DNA of 61,798 nucleotides from Alphaproteobacteria bacterium (GTDB lineage Bacteria; Pseudomonadota; Alphaproteobacteria; JANQMY01): NCBI GenBank assembly GCA_028279895.1, contig JANQMY010000071.1, positions 1 to 61,798 of the forward strand, read 5' to 3'. Shown piece by piece: positions 59,495 to 61,798 of this stretch (position 1 is its first letter; each line of letters starts with the position of its first letter). The notes under the pieces were generated by a model. It saw only the letters and a program-made list of their open reading frames with translations, ran no database searches and was not told where the DNA came from. The position numbers and the translations under genes were made by a program.

Positions 59495-59576
59495 GTAAAG
59501 TTCTCCTTATTTGAGGTCTAGAACGCTGTTCTTATATGCTTTCGTCCCAGACCGGTTTCAATGAATGTATGACGTC

Positions 59577-61580
59577 TCACGTCGGCTCTTGCGCCAAATC
59601 CGGCGGCAAAGCCTGCGCTTTTAGGATAGTAAGCGCATCCTCAAGTGCAAGCGTTTCTTGCTCCTTAATGCCCAATCTGCGCACGGAAACCTCTCGGCTC
59701 TCCATCTCGCGCTGGCCGACCACCAGGATGACCGGCACTTTTTGGTGCGAATGTTCCCGGACCTTGTAATTGATTTTCTCGTTCCGGATATCGAGCTTGA
59801 CCCGTAACCCCGCCTCTTTGCAGGCCGTGGCAACGTCCTGAGCATAGGTGTCCGCATCTGACGTGATCGTTGCTACCGCCACTTGTGCCGGGGCAAGCCA
59901 TAAGGGGAAACGGCCGGCATGGTGCTCGATCAGCACGCCAATAAACCGTTCCAGCGACCCTAGGATTGCGCGGTGCAACATGGCCGGGCGATGCTTGTTG
60001 CCATCGGCCCCTGTATAGGTGGCGTCCAAGCGCTCTGGAATGACAAAATCGAGCTGCAGCGTACCGCACTGCCAGTCGCGGCCGATGGCGTCGCGCAGAA
60101 CGAATTCCAGTTTTGGCCCGTAGAAGGCGCCTTCGCCCGGGTTGATTTCGAAGGGCAGGCCGGCAGCCTGCACTGCGGCTTCCAGGGCCGCTTCCGCCCT
60201 GTCCCAAACCGAGTCATCACCGGCTTTAACCTCCGGCCGGGTTGCCAGCTTGACGACAATGTCCGTGAACCCGAGTTCCTCGTAAACGGAATAGAGTAGA
60301 TTACAAAAGCGAATGCTTTCGTCCTCCACCTGATCGTCACGGCAGAAGATGTGTGCGTCGTCTTGGGTCATTTGGCGCACGCGCATGAGACCGTGCAGCG
60401 CGCCGTGAGGTTCGTTGCGGTGACAGCAACCGAATTCCGCCATGCGGATCGGCAAGTCGCGGTAAGAACGGATCTGGTTTTTGAAGATCTGCACATGGGC
60501 CGGACAGTTCATGGGCTTAAGCGCCATGAGCTTGTCGCCTTCCCCGGACAATACCGGCCCTTCTTCATCCGTGCTCGGAATTTCGTCTGGGACGACGAAC
60601 ATATTCTCGCGAAACTTCGACCAGTGCCCTGATTGCTCCCAAAATTTTGAGTCGAGCAATTGTGGGGTTTTAACCTCCACATAGTCGGCCTTCTGCAGCT
60701 TACGCCTGATATAAGCCTCGAGCTGATTGTAAATCACATAGCCGTTAGGGTGCCAAAATACCGAGCCTTGTGCTTCTTCTTGAAAATGGAACAAGTCCAT
60801 TTCGCGGCCGAGACGCCGATGGTCCCGCTTTTCCGCTTCTTCGATACGGCGCAGATAGGCTTTCAGCTCTTTGTCGTCGCGCCAGGCGGTACCGTAGATG
60901 CGCTGTAGTTGTGCATTTCTGGCGTCGCCGCGCCAATAGGCGCCGGCAATTTTGGTCAGCTTGAACGCTTGGCCGATCTTGCCGGTCGACATGAGGTGCG
61001 GTCCCCGGCACAGATCGTGCCAGGTGCCGTGATAATAAATCTTGATCTCTTCGTCTTCCGGGATCGATTCAATGAGTTCGGCTTTGTATTGCTCGCCCAT
61101 ATTGCGGAAATGGGAAACCGCGGCCGGGCGCTCCCAAATCTCGCGCCGGGTGACCTCGTCGCGCGAGACGATTTCCTTCATGCGCTTTTCAATGCGCTCC
61201 AGATCTTCCGGCCGGAACGGCTCATTGCGCGCAAAGTCGTAGTAGAACCCGTCTTCGATCACCGGGCCGATGGTCACTTGCGTGCCGGGATAGAGTTCCT
61301 GAACCGCCATGGCCAGCAGATGTGCCGCATCGTGGCGGATCAACTCCAGTGCTTCGGGATCCTTCTTGGTCACAATCGCGACCGCGGAATCGGTGTGGAT
61401 CGGCTCGTCCAGATCGGACAGCTTGTCGTCGATCTTAACGGCCAGCGCTGCCTTCGCCAGGCCTGCGCCAATGCTCTCGGCGATTTCCAATCCCGTCACG
61501 CCGCTCGCATAGTCGCGCGTGCTGCCGTCGGGCAGCGAGATGGTAACAGTCTTGTTCAGCGATGCGGTCATGTTGCTCAT
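59577..61580 (-). CDS. thrS: threonine--tRNA ligase
   Basis: TGS domain N-terminus, editing-domain HDAAH motif, class II core ([26 protein letters not shown]) and the anticodon-binding C-terminus. Confidence 0.97.
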   Translation of the reverse strand: MSNMTASLNKTVTISLPDGSTRDYASGVTGLEIAESIGAGLAKAALAVKIDDKLSDLDEPIHTDSAVAIVTKKDPEALELIRHDAAHLLAMAVQELYPGTQVTIGPVIEDGFYYDFARNEPFRPEDLERIEKRMKEIVSRDEVTRREIWERPAAVSHFRNMGEQYKAELIESIPEDEEIKIYYHGTWHDLCRGPHLMSTGKIGQAFKLTKIAGAYWRGDARNAQLQRIYGTAWRDDKELKAYLRRIEEAEKRDHRRLGREMDLFHFQEEAQGSVFWHPNGYVIYNQLEAYIRRKLQKADYVEVKTPQLLDSKFWEQSGHWSKFRENMFVVPDEIPSTDEEGPVLSGEGDKLMALKPMNCPAHVQIFKNQIRSYRDLPIRMAEFGCCHRNEPHGALHGLMRVRQMTQDDAHIFCRDDQVEDESIRFCNLLYSVYEELGFTDIVVKLATRPEVKAGDDSVWDRAEAALEAAVQAAGLPFEINPGEGAFYGPKLEFVLRDAIGRDWQCGTLQLDFVIPERLDATYTGADGNKHRPAMLHRAILGSLERFIGVLIEHHAGRFPLWLAPAQVAVATITSDADTYAQDVATACKEAGLRVKLDIRNEKINYKVREHSHQKVPVILVVGQREMESREVSVRRLGIKEQETLALEDALTILKAQALPPDLAQEPT

Positions 61581-61798
61581 GTCGAAAAAATGCGCCGAGT
61601 ATCGTTAATGGCTCGTTTACACAGCAAGGCGGGCACATTACGTCGATACCTTTGCAAGTCAAGCAAGGACGGACATTTCCCGTAGGGTCTGTATGACGTT
61701 GGGGACCTCCAGATCCGAGAGGGCGGGCCTCCATGCACATTCTGCGGCGGCCCCGCGGGGGGCGCAACGGTCGGGATCGGAATCCGACGAAAACAGAA

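Noticed and set aside
60909-61685. 258-aa plus-strand ORF opposite thrS
   Set aside because: It is an antisense shadow ORF, and thrS on the minus strand is unambiguous.

Overview
This window looks like an alphaproteobacterial-type chromosome. That taxonomic call is inferred from protein families and has not been verified. It splits into two parts.

**Core region (about 48.3-61.8 kb).** This is conserved housekeeping sequence carrying lepA, pheT, pheS, rplT, rpmI, cspA, infC and thrS. A few small membrane, lipoprotein and EF-hand genes sit among them.

**Accessory region (1 to about 47.96 kb).** This region abuts the 3' end of a tRNA-Ser(GGA) gene at 47963-48052 on the minus strand. It looks like a mosaic genomic island whose left end lies outside the window. 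From left to right it contains:
- a XerC/D-like tyrosine recombinase;
- an alpha/beta-hydrolase-NB-ARC-TPR STAND protein;
- a roughly 12 kb enzyme cluster (6015-18185);
- a 1540-aa Mrr-like-nuclease-P-loop-helical-repeat giant;
- a 1666-aa DUF4011/Upf1-like SF1 helicase with a DUF559-type nuclease domain;
- a DUF4268 nuclease-like gene and several unknowns;
- a second mobile module: XRE, DUF3489, DUF2924, large serine recombinase, terminase, DUF5681, ParB-methylase, DnaQ-BRCT exonuclease, an SbcD/SbcC-like pair plus a small gene, and DUF3644.

The enzyme cluster holds a PEP-mutase-like/methyltransferase fusion, a DUF4915-like protein, a repeat-headed membrane protein, a TauD-like dioxygenase, a fold-type-II PLP enzyme, an HprK-like kinase, a GT4-nucleotidyltransferase fusion and two histidine-phosphatase-like genes. 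The helicase is separated from an in-frame GreA/B-C-terminal-like ORF by a single TAG codon.

**Best candidate for an undescribed system.** The phospho-/phosphono-type enzyme cluster lies between two STAND NTPases and is my top candidate. The STAND proteins, the interrupted helicase, the 31307-33243 two-gene operon and the SbcCD-like trio are secondary candidates.

All family calls rest on motif recognition by eye. No searches were run.
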